From Acaryochloris thomasi RCC1774 (GTDB taxonomy: Bacteria > Cyanobacteriota > Cyanobacteriia > Thermosynechococcales > Thermosynechococcaceae): a DNA stretch of 32,000 nucleotides. The position numbers and the translations under genes are program-made. The notes beneath the pieces were generated by a model. That model was given only the letters and a program-made list of their open reading frames with translations. It had not been told where the DNA came from and searched no databases. Shown here in pieces: positions 9,338 through 19,042 of this stretch. Position 1 is the first letter of the stretch; each line of letters begins with the position of its first letter. The stretch is from the NCBI RefSeq assembly GCF_003231495.1, contig NZ_PQWO01000002.1:120001-152000 (forward strand), read 5' to 3'.

Positions 9338-10864
9338 ATGGAATTTCTGTATATCCCGCTCGATGAGCGTCCCTGTAATGTTTACTATCCTCAGATCATT
9401 GCTGAACTTCAGGCCGATATTCAGTTGACAGTCCCCCCTCGTGAACTTTTGAGTCAGAAGAAACAGCCTGCAAAAACGAGTCGCTTGTGGGATTGGCTAG
9501 AAATAAATATCACGGACTGTCGAGCCGCGCTGCTGTCTATTGAAATGCTGGTTTATGGGGGACTGCTGCCTTCTCGGCTGCACCAGGAGTCTATTTCTAC
9601 CCTGACGCAAAGGCTTTATCATCTTCGCAAGCTCAAAGCTGAGCATCCCCAGGTGGAGATTTTTGCCAGCAATTTAATTATGCGAACGCCTGCCTACAGC
9701 AGTAGCGAAGAGGAGCCAGACTATTACGAGACCTGTGGAGAGCAGATCTTTCAATGGGGCTGGCTGCAAGATAAGTGTCAGCGTGTCGGTCTCACCGCTG
9801 CCGAGCAAGCGCAGCTAGACCATATTCAAGCAGAGCTTCCTTCAGAGTATTTGCAAGATTATCAAAAGCGGCGGGCCTGCAACGTCGCCGTGAATTTAGC
9901 CGTGATTGAGTTGGTTCAGGCCGGCGTGATCTCTTTTCTCTCTATCCCTCAAGACGATAGTGCGCCCTACGGCTTTACCGCGATTGACCAGCGGCAGGTT
10001 GTGGCTCAGGTGACGGCACTTCGTTTGCAGCAGCAGGTCCATCTATACCCAGGAGCCGACGAGGTCGGCTGCACGCTGTTGGCCCGAGCTTACAATCAGG
10101 TGCGAGGTCGCTCGCCTCAGATCTACTTGCTATACAGCTCGGTTTGCTCAGAGCAAATTGTGCCGCTATACGAAGATCGGCCTTTGGGAGAAAGCGTTAA
10201 GGCCCACGTTCTGGCGGCCGGGGCGCAGGTTGCGACGACGCCTGAGGCCGCAGATGCTGTGTTAGCCGTGAATACAGCAGGCCAGGTGATGCAAGAAGCC
10301 TGGGATCAGTCCATGAAAGATATTACCTACACCAGTTTTCGTAACCTGCGCTTTTTTGTTGCTGAGATAGAGCGGCTGCAGAATTTGGGTAAGTCGGTTG
10401 CGATCGCAGATGTTGCTTTTGCCAACGGGGGGGAAACGGAGCTAGTTGAAATGCTAGACGACGCCGCTCTTTGGGACTCTCTGCTCGCCTATGCAGGCTG
10501 GAACACTAGCTGCAATACCCTCGGGACTGTATTAGCAACCGCCAGTCTTGGCCTCGGGTCTGAGAATAAGCATGCGTTGGCCTTCAACAAGATCTATCAC
10601 CTGCTAGAAGATTGGGCCTATCAATCCATTGTTCGCAAGTCGATTATTGGGACCTGTCTGCCTCGTTTGGGGGCCTCCTACTACGATTTCAATCGTCAAG
10701 AGGCCCTGATTACCCAGACGATTGCTGAGCAGCTTCTAGATGTTTGGTGTGAGACACTGCAGCAGTCGTTCACCTCATGGGACATTCAACAGCTCAGTGT
10801 GTTTGCCCCCTGGCAAAGAATGTTTGAAATGGGCCTGAATCTAGAAATTGCGCCGACGGAATAG
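9338..10864 (+). CDS. DUF4127-like protein of unknown function
   Basis: About 508 aa with the N-terminal motif YIPLDERPCN, which I recall as characteristic of DUF4127. This is family recognition from memory, not a search. The ATG at 9338 is preferred over the TTG at 9317. Confidence 0.5.
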   Translation: MEFLYIPLDERPCNVYYPQIIAELQADIQLTVPPRELLSQKKQPAKTSRLWDWLEINITDCRAALLSIEMLVYGGLLPSRLHQESISTLTQRLYHLRKLKAEHPQVEIFASNLIMRTPAYSSSEEEPDYYETCGEQIFQWGWLQDKCQRVGLTAAEQAQLDHIQAELPSEYLQDYQKRRACNVAVNLAVIELVQAGVISFLSIPQDDSAPYGFTAIDQRQVVAQVTALRLQQQVHLYPGADEVGCTLLARAYNQVRGRSPQIYLLYSSVCSEQIVPLYEDRPLGESVKAHVLAAGAQVATTPEAADAVLAVNTAGQVMQEAWDQSMKDITYTSFRNLRFFVAEIERLQNLGKSVAIADVAFANGGETELVEMLDDAALWDSLLAYAGWNTSCNTLGTVLATASLGLGSENKHALAFNKIYHLLEDWAYQSIVRKSIIGTCLPRLGASYYDFNRQEALITQTIAEQLLDVWCETLQQSFTSWDIQQLSVFAPWQRMFEMGLNLEIAPTE

Positions 10865-11018
10865 AGAAAGGATTCTGATCCCCAAAATTTCCAGTGCAGT
10901 CTAAAGATGCTGAGTGCTTTCCCTGCTATTCTCAAAAGTTGATCCCCGAAAACGACGCAAATTCGCTACCCTAAAGGGTACGAGCAATCCAGGTTCGAAT
11001 GGCCGCAGGAGCTGAGAC

Positions 11019-12182
11019 ATGACTACGCTTGACTATTTTCAGTGGTGGAAACAGTTGTCTGTGCCCTCACGATTGCTCATGGTGGGTCTCGCTGCCCCGA
11101 TCTTAGTGCTCAATTTTTGGGCCGTTGCTACCATCGCCAATTTTTTAGGCGTCTTAATTGCGATTATTGTTGTGGCCTCGCTCGTGGCGTTTTTGTTGAA
11201 CTACCCGGTGAGCTGGTGTATGCAGCGGGGGCTGCGCCGAGAGCCAGCCTCCATCATTGTCTTTCTCTTGACGATTTCACTATTGACCGGGTTGGGCTTG
11301 ATTCTGTTCCCGGTGGCCTTTACACAGGCTCAGCAGCTCATCAACCGCCTGCCGGAGTGGATGGAGTCAGGGCGTGATCAGTTCATTCTGCTCAGCCAGC
11401 AAATGGAGGAACGGGGACTGCCGCTCAATTTAGATGTGCTGACAGTCAAGGCCTTCGACCGGCTTGAAGGGCAGCTGCAGACGTTGACGAAGAGCGTCCT
11501 TAATATTGCCGTGGGGACGGTGAGCAGCGTCCTAGATATTTTGATTAGCCTTGTGGTTAGTATTATTCTGACTTTTTATCTGCTGCTACACGGTGATGAG
11601 ATTTGGCAGAGCTTTATTCGGTGGTTGCCTCGCGATACGCAGCAGCCCGTTTCTCAGACGCTTCGCCTGAGTTTCCAGAATTACTTTATCGGGCAGCTCA
11701 TTTACGGCATTTGTATGACGGCGGTGCTGATCCCCGCATTTCTGATTCTGAAGGTGCCGTTTGGGGTGTTGTTTGGCTTAACAATTGGCACAATGGCGCT
11801 GGTGCCTTTTGGCGGCACGGTGGGCATCATTTTGGTGACGCTGCTGGTGGCGCTGCAGAATATCTGGCTAGGGTTGAAGGTCTTGGCCGTTGCCGTGATT
11901 GCGCAGCAAATTCTAGAGAATCTAGTCGCACCCAGAATTTTGGGCAGCATGACGGGGCTGAATCCGGCCTGGATCTTTATCTCGCTGCTGGTGGGGGCTA
12001 AAACAGCCGGTTTGATTGGAGTGCTGGTGGCAGTGCCGACGGCGGTGGTGATTAAGACGGCTTTGATGAGTTTGCGATCGCGTATGGGGCTGCCCTATAC
12101 CCCAACAGCGACTGTGCCCCCACCGGGCAAGAAACTAGAAAAGAAACCGCCTAAAACAATTTCTGAGGTTCCCCAAGCTTAG
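11019..12182 (+). CDS. AI-2E family transporter (PerM/UPF0118 permease)
   Basis: 387-aa polytopic membrane protein with the family-typical layout. It has N-terminal TMs, a soluble insertion, and then ILTFYLLLHGDEIW ... LVPFGGTVGIILV ... ILENLVAPRILG. Confidence 0.75.
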   Translation: MTTLDYFQWWKQLSVPSRLLMVGLAAPILVLNFWAVATIANFLGVLIAIIVVASLVAFLLNYPVSWCMQRGLRREPASIIVFLLTISLLTGLGLILFPVAFTQAQQLINRLPEWMESGRDQFILLSQQMEERGLPLNLDVLTVKAFDRLEGQLQTLTKSVLNIAVGTVSSVLDILISLVVSIILTFYLLLHGDEIWQSFIRWLPRDTQQPVSQTLRLSFQNYFIGQLIYGICMTAVLIPAFLILKVPFGVLFGLTIGTMALVPFGGTVGIILVTLLVALQNIWLGLKVLAVAVIAQQILENLVAPRILGSMTGLNPAWIFISLLVGAKTAGLIGVLVAVPTAVVIKTALMSLRSRMGLPYTPTATVPPPGKKLEKKPPKTISEVPQA

Positions 12183-12204
12183 ATTGTCTAACTGACCGCC
12201 TTTT

Positions 12205-12696
12205 TCAGGGCGTTAAAATAAGCTGCCACTCTGAGGTCGGTGATTCCTGCGTGGGTAGCTTGGTTTGGCCCACAACATAGGGGCCCCAGTAACGGCGCGA
12301 CCCGTCTAAGGCAAAGGCCGTGAGTACGTCACCGTCCTGAAGCTGAAGCTGCCCTGTAGGCCGAGAGAGGACAAGTCCCTCTTGGTTCCCTTCCGCTGGC
12401 GCAAAGTCCCAGTGGAAGCGTTTGTCATTAGCTATGCTCTTGCGCGGCAGCAGCACCACTCGAATGGGATAGATACTCCGGTTGCTAACGCGTAGCTGAT
12501 TGAGTACTGCTGCTGATTTCTCTGGTAAGGGTTGAGTCGCAATGGACGGACGAGGAGCCGGTGGCGGCGTAACATCACGCGATAGTGCTGCACCGGGTGG
12601 GTCGATCCCCACAACTAACTGCGACACGAAAAAAGCCGCTGTTCCACCGACGACCGCAGACAAAACTTGGATGGGAATATTTGTCTTGGAAACCAT
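12205..12696 (-). CDS. Hypothetical membrane-anchored protein
   Basis: 163-aa ORF with an N-terminal TM helix (VLSAVVGGTAAFFVSQLVV), a Pro-rich linker and a C-terminal globular part. No family recognised. Confidence 0.55.
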   Translation of the reverse strand: MVSKTNIPIQVLSAVVGGTAAFFVSQLVVGIDPPGAALSRDVTPPPAPRPSIATQPLPEKSAAVLNQLRVSNRSIYPIRVVLLPRKSIANDKRFHWDFAPAEGNQEGLVLSRPTGQLQLQDGDVLTAFALDGSRRYWGPYVVGQTKLPTQESPTSEWQLILTP

Positions 12697-13101
12697 TGCT
12701 GATAATGCTGCTCCACCAGCTTGGGGAAGACTCTATCTCCCATAAACCTGATGCTTGAGATCTTTGAAATGGGGTTGAAGAACCAATGTAAACGCTGATG
12801 CTTTCCCGCGAGAAATCTCAACAGAATTACAGTAGCTTTTGTGACTGATTGTATGCAGTAACTGTTGCTAGCAGACTTCTCTTAACAAAGTCTGCGCAAA
12901 TTAGAAATACACCCCGAGTGCTGCCAAAGACCCCAAACCCAAGATAGCACAGCTCCCTAGCTCGTCAGCAAGCCGGCAAAGGCGAGGTAGTGGTTTAGGC
13001 TACAGCCTTTGATGCTTTCTGCTGGGATAATTGAAGTGCAAGAATCGTCCACTCCCGCGATAGGCTTTTATGAGGGCTGCAAAGAAATTTAGCTGCCTTA
13101 A

Positions 13102-14766
<1,665 letters not shown>

Positions 14767-14913
14767 AAGGATGGCGAACAGCAAGCAGAGCTTTCGCTCA
14801 AATAGTAAAGTCTGTTTTTGCAAGTGATGTATCAAAGCTTCTAGAAATTCGTGTAGATGAACTATGAGTTAGTTGCAAGTCACTGTTCTGAACTTCAAGT
14901 GATCAAATAAAAT

Positions 14914-15591
14914 ATGAATGTTTTTCTCAAAGTATCTATTGTCGTAAGTGTCCTCGTTTCTAGTGCTGCTAGTGCGTCTTCCGCTCGAGCCGTAAGTCTC
15001 CTTACCAATTCTGGCTTTGAAACTGGGGATCTGACAGGGTGGACAGTTGCAGGGAATATCGTTGACTTTGGGGTCAATAGAGATGGTGCGGACTTAAGTG
15101 CCAACACTTTCGACTCATTTAATCCCTCATTTCAGAATGTTCGTTCAGGAAACTTTGCTGCATATGCAGTCGTGAGAACTAATCCTGCTGAAAGAGCTAT
15201 CTTCTCTCAGGCTGTTACTGTACAACCTGACACTACCTATTCTTTGGGATATTGGCTTAGTGCTGATTCGCGCACCGGAGCATACGGCTTATTTAATAAC
15301 TTTGGAAATCCAACTATCTCTGTAAACGGCTCAGACATTGAAGCAACTGGACCTAGCCAATTTGATACGGGGGCTTCTCCTTCCGACTTCATATTTGTCT
15401 CAGGTGAATATACAACAAGTCAAGAAGAGACATCAGTATTAGTGGATTATTCCATCATCGGAAGTGGTACTGCTCGTGCTGCTTTTTCAGTTGATGACTT
15501 TACATTTGAGGCAGTTCCTGAATCTTCATTTATGATGACGATTCCTTTTGTTTTTGGAATGGTTTTGATATTGCGAAGAAAGCTTAATTGA
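14914..15591 (+). CDS. Secreted protein with a PEP-CTERM-like C-terminal sorting signal (PES variant)
   Basis: N-terminal signal peptide (VSIVVSVLVSSAASASSARA). Jelly-roll/CBM-like start (NSGFETGDLTGWTV). The C-terminus is VPESS, then a hydrophobic helix (FMMTIPFVFGMVLIL), then the basic cluster RRK, which matches the PEP-CTERM/exosortase substrate architecture. Confidence 0.6.
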   Translation: MNVFLKVSIVVSVLVSSAASASSARAVSLLTNSGFETGDLTGWTVAGNIVDFGVNRDGADLSANTFDSFNPSFQNVRSGNFAAYAVVRTNPAERAIFSQAVTVQPDTTYSLGYWLSADSRTGAYGLFNNFGNPTISVNGSDIEATGPSQFDTGASPSDFIFVSGEYTTSQEETSVLVDYSIIGSGTARAAFSVDDFTFEAVPESSFMMTIPFVFGMVLILRRKLN

Positions 15592-15790
15592 TGCTCCGCC
15601 TCAAGATGTCTGCAGTCCAAGCAGTAGACATGTCGGGCAGTCTTATCGATAACAACGAGCGAGCAAATCGCTGCTTGTGTCTACGTCGGGAACCGTAAAG
15701 TAAATTTGGTGCCTATCAGCTCCATACTCTAGATGCACGCTTGCGGATTCTCGTTGCTTGAAATTGCTAGTCTGAGTTGAACCTTTAGGC

Positions 15791-16816
15791 TTAAGGCACC
15801 TGCCAAATGCGCTGGTGATAGTCTGCCTCAGTCTCAGTACTCATTGCCCCATGATGATGCCCATGCCCGTGCTCGTGTCCATGATCATGACTATGACTGT
15901 GGGGTTCTTCTCCATCCAGCGCAGCTAGCCGAAACTTACAGAGTTCGCAGTTCATTTGCACCTGACCCAATTGAGTCTCTAATTCCCGCTGACGCAAAAC
16001 CTTAAACAACTGCGGATGCATCCCCATTTCTGGTAGGCAGCTAATCTGAGCTTCAGGATGTGCGGCCTGCTGCTGAGCTGAGATATCAAAAATCTTCTCC
16101 ATTAGCGTGCCTGTGAACAAGAAGTAGGGCAGCACGATGATCCGCTTCGGTTGATAGAGCCGTGCCCGCCGGAAGCCTTCTTCCAAACGAGGATGGGTGA
16201 TGCCAATAAAGCAGGTTTCCACCGTTTGATAGCCGCTGCCTTCCCAAACAATACGGGCCAGCTTCGACACATCGCTATTGGCATCTGGATCGCTAGATCC
16301 CCGCCCGACAAATAGCAGCGTCGTCTCCGAACGCGGAATATTGTGGGGGTTATTCTCTGGTGAATCTAGAGCATCGAGACGAGATTGCCAAAGATCTAAA
16401 ATATCGGGAGTAATGCCAAAGTGACGTCCGTAGTAGTACTTAAGCTGAGGATGCTCTCGACGAGCCAGATCTAGCTCATTGGTCACATCGAACTTGTTAT
16501 GGCGAGCCGCAAACAGCAAAATGGGCAACGCCGATAGTTCCGTGTAGCCCTCTGCCGCGCAGTGAGCCACCACCTCCTTAATGCTGGGGCCGGTTAGCTC
16601 TAAAAAGCAAGGGAACACCGGACGGGAGGTATCGAGTTTTTGATAAGCAGTAGCGAAGTCTAAAAAGCACTGGCGTCCTGAGTCATTGCGAGTGCCATGA
16701 CCAATCATCAGCAGCGGACGCTGTAGCGCTAGGGGTGGGAGCTGCAGTGCATTCAAAGATGATTGCAGGTCAGTCGGTGACCATTGCTCCAGTTTAGAAG
16801 CGGGTGTCATTATCAT
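15791..16816 (-). CDS. cbiX: Sirohydrochlorin cobaltochelatase, long form (CbiX-L)
   Basis: Duplicated CbiX fold. The C-terminal MNCELCKF (MxCxxC Fe-S motif) and the His-rich tail [18 protein letters not shown] are characteristic of long-form CbiX. The start could be the second ATG at 16810. Confidence 0.8.
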   Translation of the reverse strand: MIMTPASKLEQWSPTDLQSSLNALQLPPLALQRPLLMIGHGTRNDSGRQCFLDFATAYQKLDTSRPVFPCFLELTGPSIKEVVAHCAAEGYTELSALPILLFAARHNKFDVTNELDLARREHPQLKYYYGRHFGITPDILDLWQSRLDALDSPENNPHNIPRSETTLLFVGRGSSDPDANSDVSKLARIVWEGSGYQTVETCFIGITHPRLEEGFRRARLYQPKRIIVLPYFLFTGTLMEKIFDISAQQQAAHPEAQISCLPEMGMHPQLFKVLRQRELETQLGQVQMNCELCKFRLAALDGEEPHSHSHDHGHEHGHGHHHGAMSTETEADYHQRIWQVP

Positions 16817-16866
16817 GTAGAGTCCTTTCCCGTGCTCGCAGGAGCTTGTAGTTATTGGGGCGGGCT

Positions 16867-17072
16867 AAAAGCCTCCCCAAGAGGCACGAACGACAGGCAT
16901 TCCGACTTAACAGATTGAGATGTTCGGCGGTGCTCTCGGCACCCCCTATGGTAGCCCTGATTTCTCTCAATCGCTCACGGCTGCGGCACAGCACCAGAAT
17001 TCCTTAAGGATTGACTTGCGTAAGCTTGGCGCGAGTCAGCTTGAAGGGCACTGGATTTTCCCTGAACGCTCG
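16867..17072 (-). promoter_or_regulatory. Candidate cobalamin (B12) riboswitch with terminator-like expression platform, in the proA-cbiX spacer
   Basis: The minus-strand RNA starts CGAGCG-UUCAGGGAAAAUCCAGUGC...AGCUGACUCGCGCC. This is close to my recollection of the E. coli btuB core, AGGGAAUCCAGUGC...AGCUGACGCGC. It contains a B12-box-like AAGUCGGAAUGCCUGUCG (plus 16891-16908). The 3' CGUUCG (16887-16892) can pair with the 5' CGAGCG (17067-17072) as a P1 helix. Immediately after comes the hairpin GCCUC-UUGGG-GAGGC followed by UUUU (16867-16885). The element sits upstream of a B12-pathway gene. Confidence 0.55.
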
Positions 17073-17079
17073 AATCTAA

Positions 17080-18375
17080 TTATAGGTCTCTATGGGTAAA
17101 GGATTGTGCGTCTTCACCTGCGTAGGTGGCAACAATGTGTCCCTGACCCTGCAGCAGATATTTGTACGTGACCAATCCTTCTAACCCCACGGGTCCGCGA
17201 GGGGGCATTCTCTGAGTACTGATGCCAACCTCAGCGCCGAAGCCATAGCGGAAGCCATCGGCAAACCGCGTTGAGCAGTTATGGAAGACTCCGGCAGCAT
17301 CGACTCTAGAGCAGAAGGTGGCGGCGGCTTGGTCGTCGGTGGTCATGATAGCGTCGGTGTGACCAGAGCCGTAGGTGTTGATATGTGCGATCGCATCTTC
17401 CAAACCATCTACAACCTTAATCGACAACACAAGGTCGCTATACTCCGTTGCCCAGTCCGTATCCGTTGCGGAATCCATCTCTATAACGTCTCGAACCGCA
17501 GCATCCCCCCGCAGCTCAACGCCCTGATTCTGCAGTGCTTTCACGGCCTTGGGCAAATAGTCCGAAGCGATATCTTTATGCACTAGCAGCGTCTCTAGCG
17601 CATTACAGGCCGCAGGATACTGAATTTTGGAGTCTACAGCTACGTCAACTGACTGGGCGATGTTGGCTTGCTGATCGATGTATAAATGACAGATTCCTTC
17701 TGCATGGCCCAGCACCGGAATGCGGGTGTTCTCTTGAACAAATCGAACAAAGCTATTAGAGCCGCGAGGAATAATCAGATTGACGTACTGATCAAGATTC
17801 AATAGTTCTAGGGTCTCTTCCCGACTGGTCAGTAACGCCACCGCCTCAGGTGCAACGGTCGATGCTGCTAATCCGGTCTGGATTGCTTCAACTAACGCCT
17901 GACAAGAATGAATAGCCTCTTGACCGCCCTTGAGCAGCACCCCGTTGCCAGACTTGATGGCTAAAGCTGAAATTTGCATGACAGCGTCGGGTCGAGCTTC
18001 AAAAATCACCCCCAGAACACCGAGGGGGCAGCTCACTCGCTTAAGCTCTAGTCCGGTATCTAGCTCTCGATGAAGCTGAATGCTGCCGACCGGATCCGTG
18101 AGCGAAGCGACACTGCGGACCCCTGCGATCGCACCGGCTAATTTAGTGGCATCAAGCTTGAGGCGAGCATAGAGTGCTGTGGCTAGGCCAGATTCTTGGG
18201 CACGCTGACAGTCCTTTGCATTGGCTTCCAGAATTTTGGGGGTAGCGGCTTCTAGAGCTTGGGCGATGGACTCTAGCGCCTGATTTTTAAGATCGGTGCT
18301 CAAACCCGCTAAATCTTGGGCGGCGGCACGGGTTTGTTGGGCAACGTCAGTGAGGGTCGCAGTCAGAACAGTCAC
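17080..18375 (-). CDS. proA: Gamma-glutamyl phosphate reductase
   Basis: Full-length aldehyde-dehydrogenase-type ProA, with the catalytic-Cys region [14 protein letters not shown] and GHTDAIMT. The GTG at 18375 gives 431 aa, a typical length. The ATG at 18429 is the alternative and would add 18 aa. Confidence 0.9.
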   Translation of the reverse strand: MTVLTATLTDVAQQTRAAAQDLAGLSTDLKNQALESIAQALEAATPKILEANAKDCQRAQESGLATALYARLKLDATKLAGAIAGVRSVASLTDPVGSIQLHRELDTGLELKRVSCPLGVLGVIFEARPDAVMQISALAIKSGNGVLLKGGQEAIHSCQALVEAIQTGLAASTVAPEAVALLTSREETLELLNLDQYVNLIIPRGSNSFVRFVQENTRIPVLGHAEGICHLYIDQQANIAQSVDVAVDSKIQYPAACNALETLLVHKDIASDYLPKAVKALQNQGVELRGDAAVRDVIEMDSATDTDWATEYSDLVLSIKVVDGLEDAIAHINTYGSGHTDAIMTTDDQAAATFCSRVDAAGVFHNCSTRFADGFRYGFGAEVGISTQRMPPRGPVGLEGLVTYKYLLQGQGHIVATYAGEDAQSFTHRDL

Positions 18376-18542
18376 GATCTTTCTCTTGCAATAGCTGTTG
18401 TTTTTTCGAGTTGGGGTTTGGTCTTCCATTTTTCATTGATGTCCCGAAGGCCATCAGCGCTTTGCTGCATCTTTTGTGCAGCACGCTTAGCTAACTTTAG
18501 AAGGTCTTGCATTTCCTGAGCCTCTTTGTGTGGCTGAGTCAT
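18372..18542 (-). CDS. Small helical ORF (56 aa), not in the track
   Basis: [56 protein letters not shown]. The ATG at 18542 has GGAG 8 nt upstream. Its start overlaps the stop of the upstream small ORF (ATGA). Its stop overlaps the candidate GTG start of proA (GTGA). Confidence 0.4.
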   Translation of the reverse strand: MTQPHKEAQEMQDLLKLAKRAAQKMQQSADGLRDINEKWKTKPQLEKTTAIARERS

Positions 18543-18709
18543 TGCAGGTTCTCCAAACGGGTTTGAATGTCAGTCACCATCATCTTAGCTTCTAATACTC
18601 GTCCCAACTCTGTTGACACAGCTTCGCCAATCTCTTCGAGGTCAGCATCTACGATGATTTCCGCTGATGAAACTATCTCCGTGATCTCCCGCAACTGATT
18701 TCGGTTCAT
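18539..18709 (-). CDS. Small acidic helical ORF (56 aa from the ATG)
   Basis: [56 protein letters not shown]. The track lists it from a TTG at 18724. Its stop overlaps the next ORF's ATG. Confidence 0.4.
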   Translation of the reverse strand: MNRNQLREITEIVSSAEIIVDADLEEIGEAVSTELGRVLEAKMMVTDIQTRLENLQ

Positions 18710-18733
18710 CTCAACCAAGAGCAATATGCTGTT

Positions 18734-18889
18734 TCAATAAGCAAAACATTGAATCAATATTTCATTGTTCGGGAAGCTTGCCAACGTTTCTTTGGCAAGC
18801 TTCAAGCTCTTCGCTGTGTTCTGTTCAACTTGATCCAGCTCAGTACTAAAGCGCTCAAGCAAAACCAATAGTCGTCTGGGAACTGTCAT
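18734..18889 (-). CDS. Small ORF (51 aa), not in the track
   Basis: MTVPRRLLVLLERFSTELDQVEQNTAKSLKLAKETLASFPNNEILIQCFAY. It is on the same strand, 24 nt upstream of the next small ORF. No Shine-Dalgarno sequence is visible. Confidence 0.3.
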   Translation of the reverse strand: MTVPRRLLVLLERFSTELDQVEQNTAKSLKLAKETLASFPNNEILIQCFAY

Positions 18890-19042
18890 GAAGAGGCATT
18901 CTTAGTCATTGCTAGATGAATTCTACTGCTATAACGGTCCAACAGAAGACCGTAAAACTTTCAAGAATCGATAAGTCAAGATGGCCCGATATACTGCTGT
19001 CAGTACTTCCTCGATAGATAGAGGCATCCTTTACTAATAGAT

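Noticed and set aside
10930-11010. Possible tRNA, because of a GGTTCGAAT T-loop-like string at 10992-11000
   Set aside because: No acceptor-stem complementarity, D-arm or anticodon arm could be drawn around it. Only a 5-bp taccc/gggta hairpin lies nearby.
11042-12001. Alternate-frame ORFs (11042-11377 +, 11603-12001 +, 11702-11950 -) within the AI-2E permease gene
   Set aside because: They are nested in a longer ORF with a clear family signature, and their translations are Arg/Gly/Ala-rich with no signal.
12615-12821. 68-aa minus-strand ORF at the edge of the pgm upstream spacer
   Set aside because: It overlaps the start of the 163-aa gene in another frame, has an implausible composition, and has no ribosome-binding site.
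15592-15790. Interleaved short inverted blocks (atgtct/agacat, caagcag/ctgcttg, gtagaca/tgtctac, agcga/tcgct) between the PEP-CTERM gene and cbiX
   Set aside because: The blocks do not nest into a single convincing hairpin and no U-tract follows. They probably act as weak convergent terminators, and I cannot support a specific call.
16794-16994. 66-aa minus-strand track ORF between proA and cbiX
   Set aside because: It lies entirely within the structured leader (candidate cobalamin riboswitch plus terminator hairpin) and overlaps the cbiX start out of frame. The Arg- and Leu-rich translation looks non-coding.
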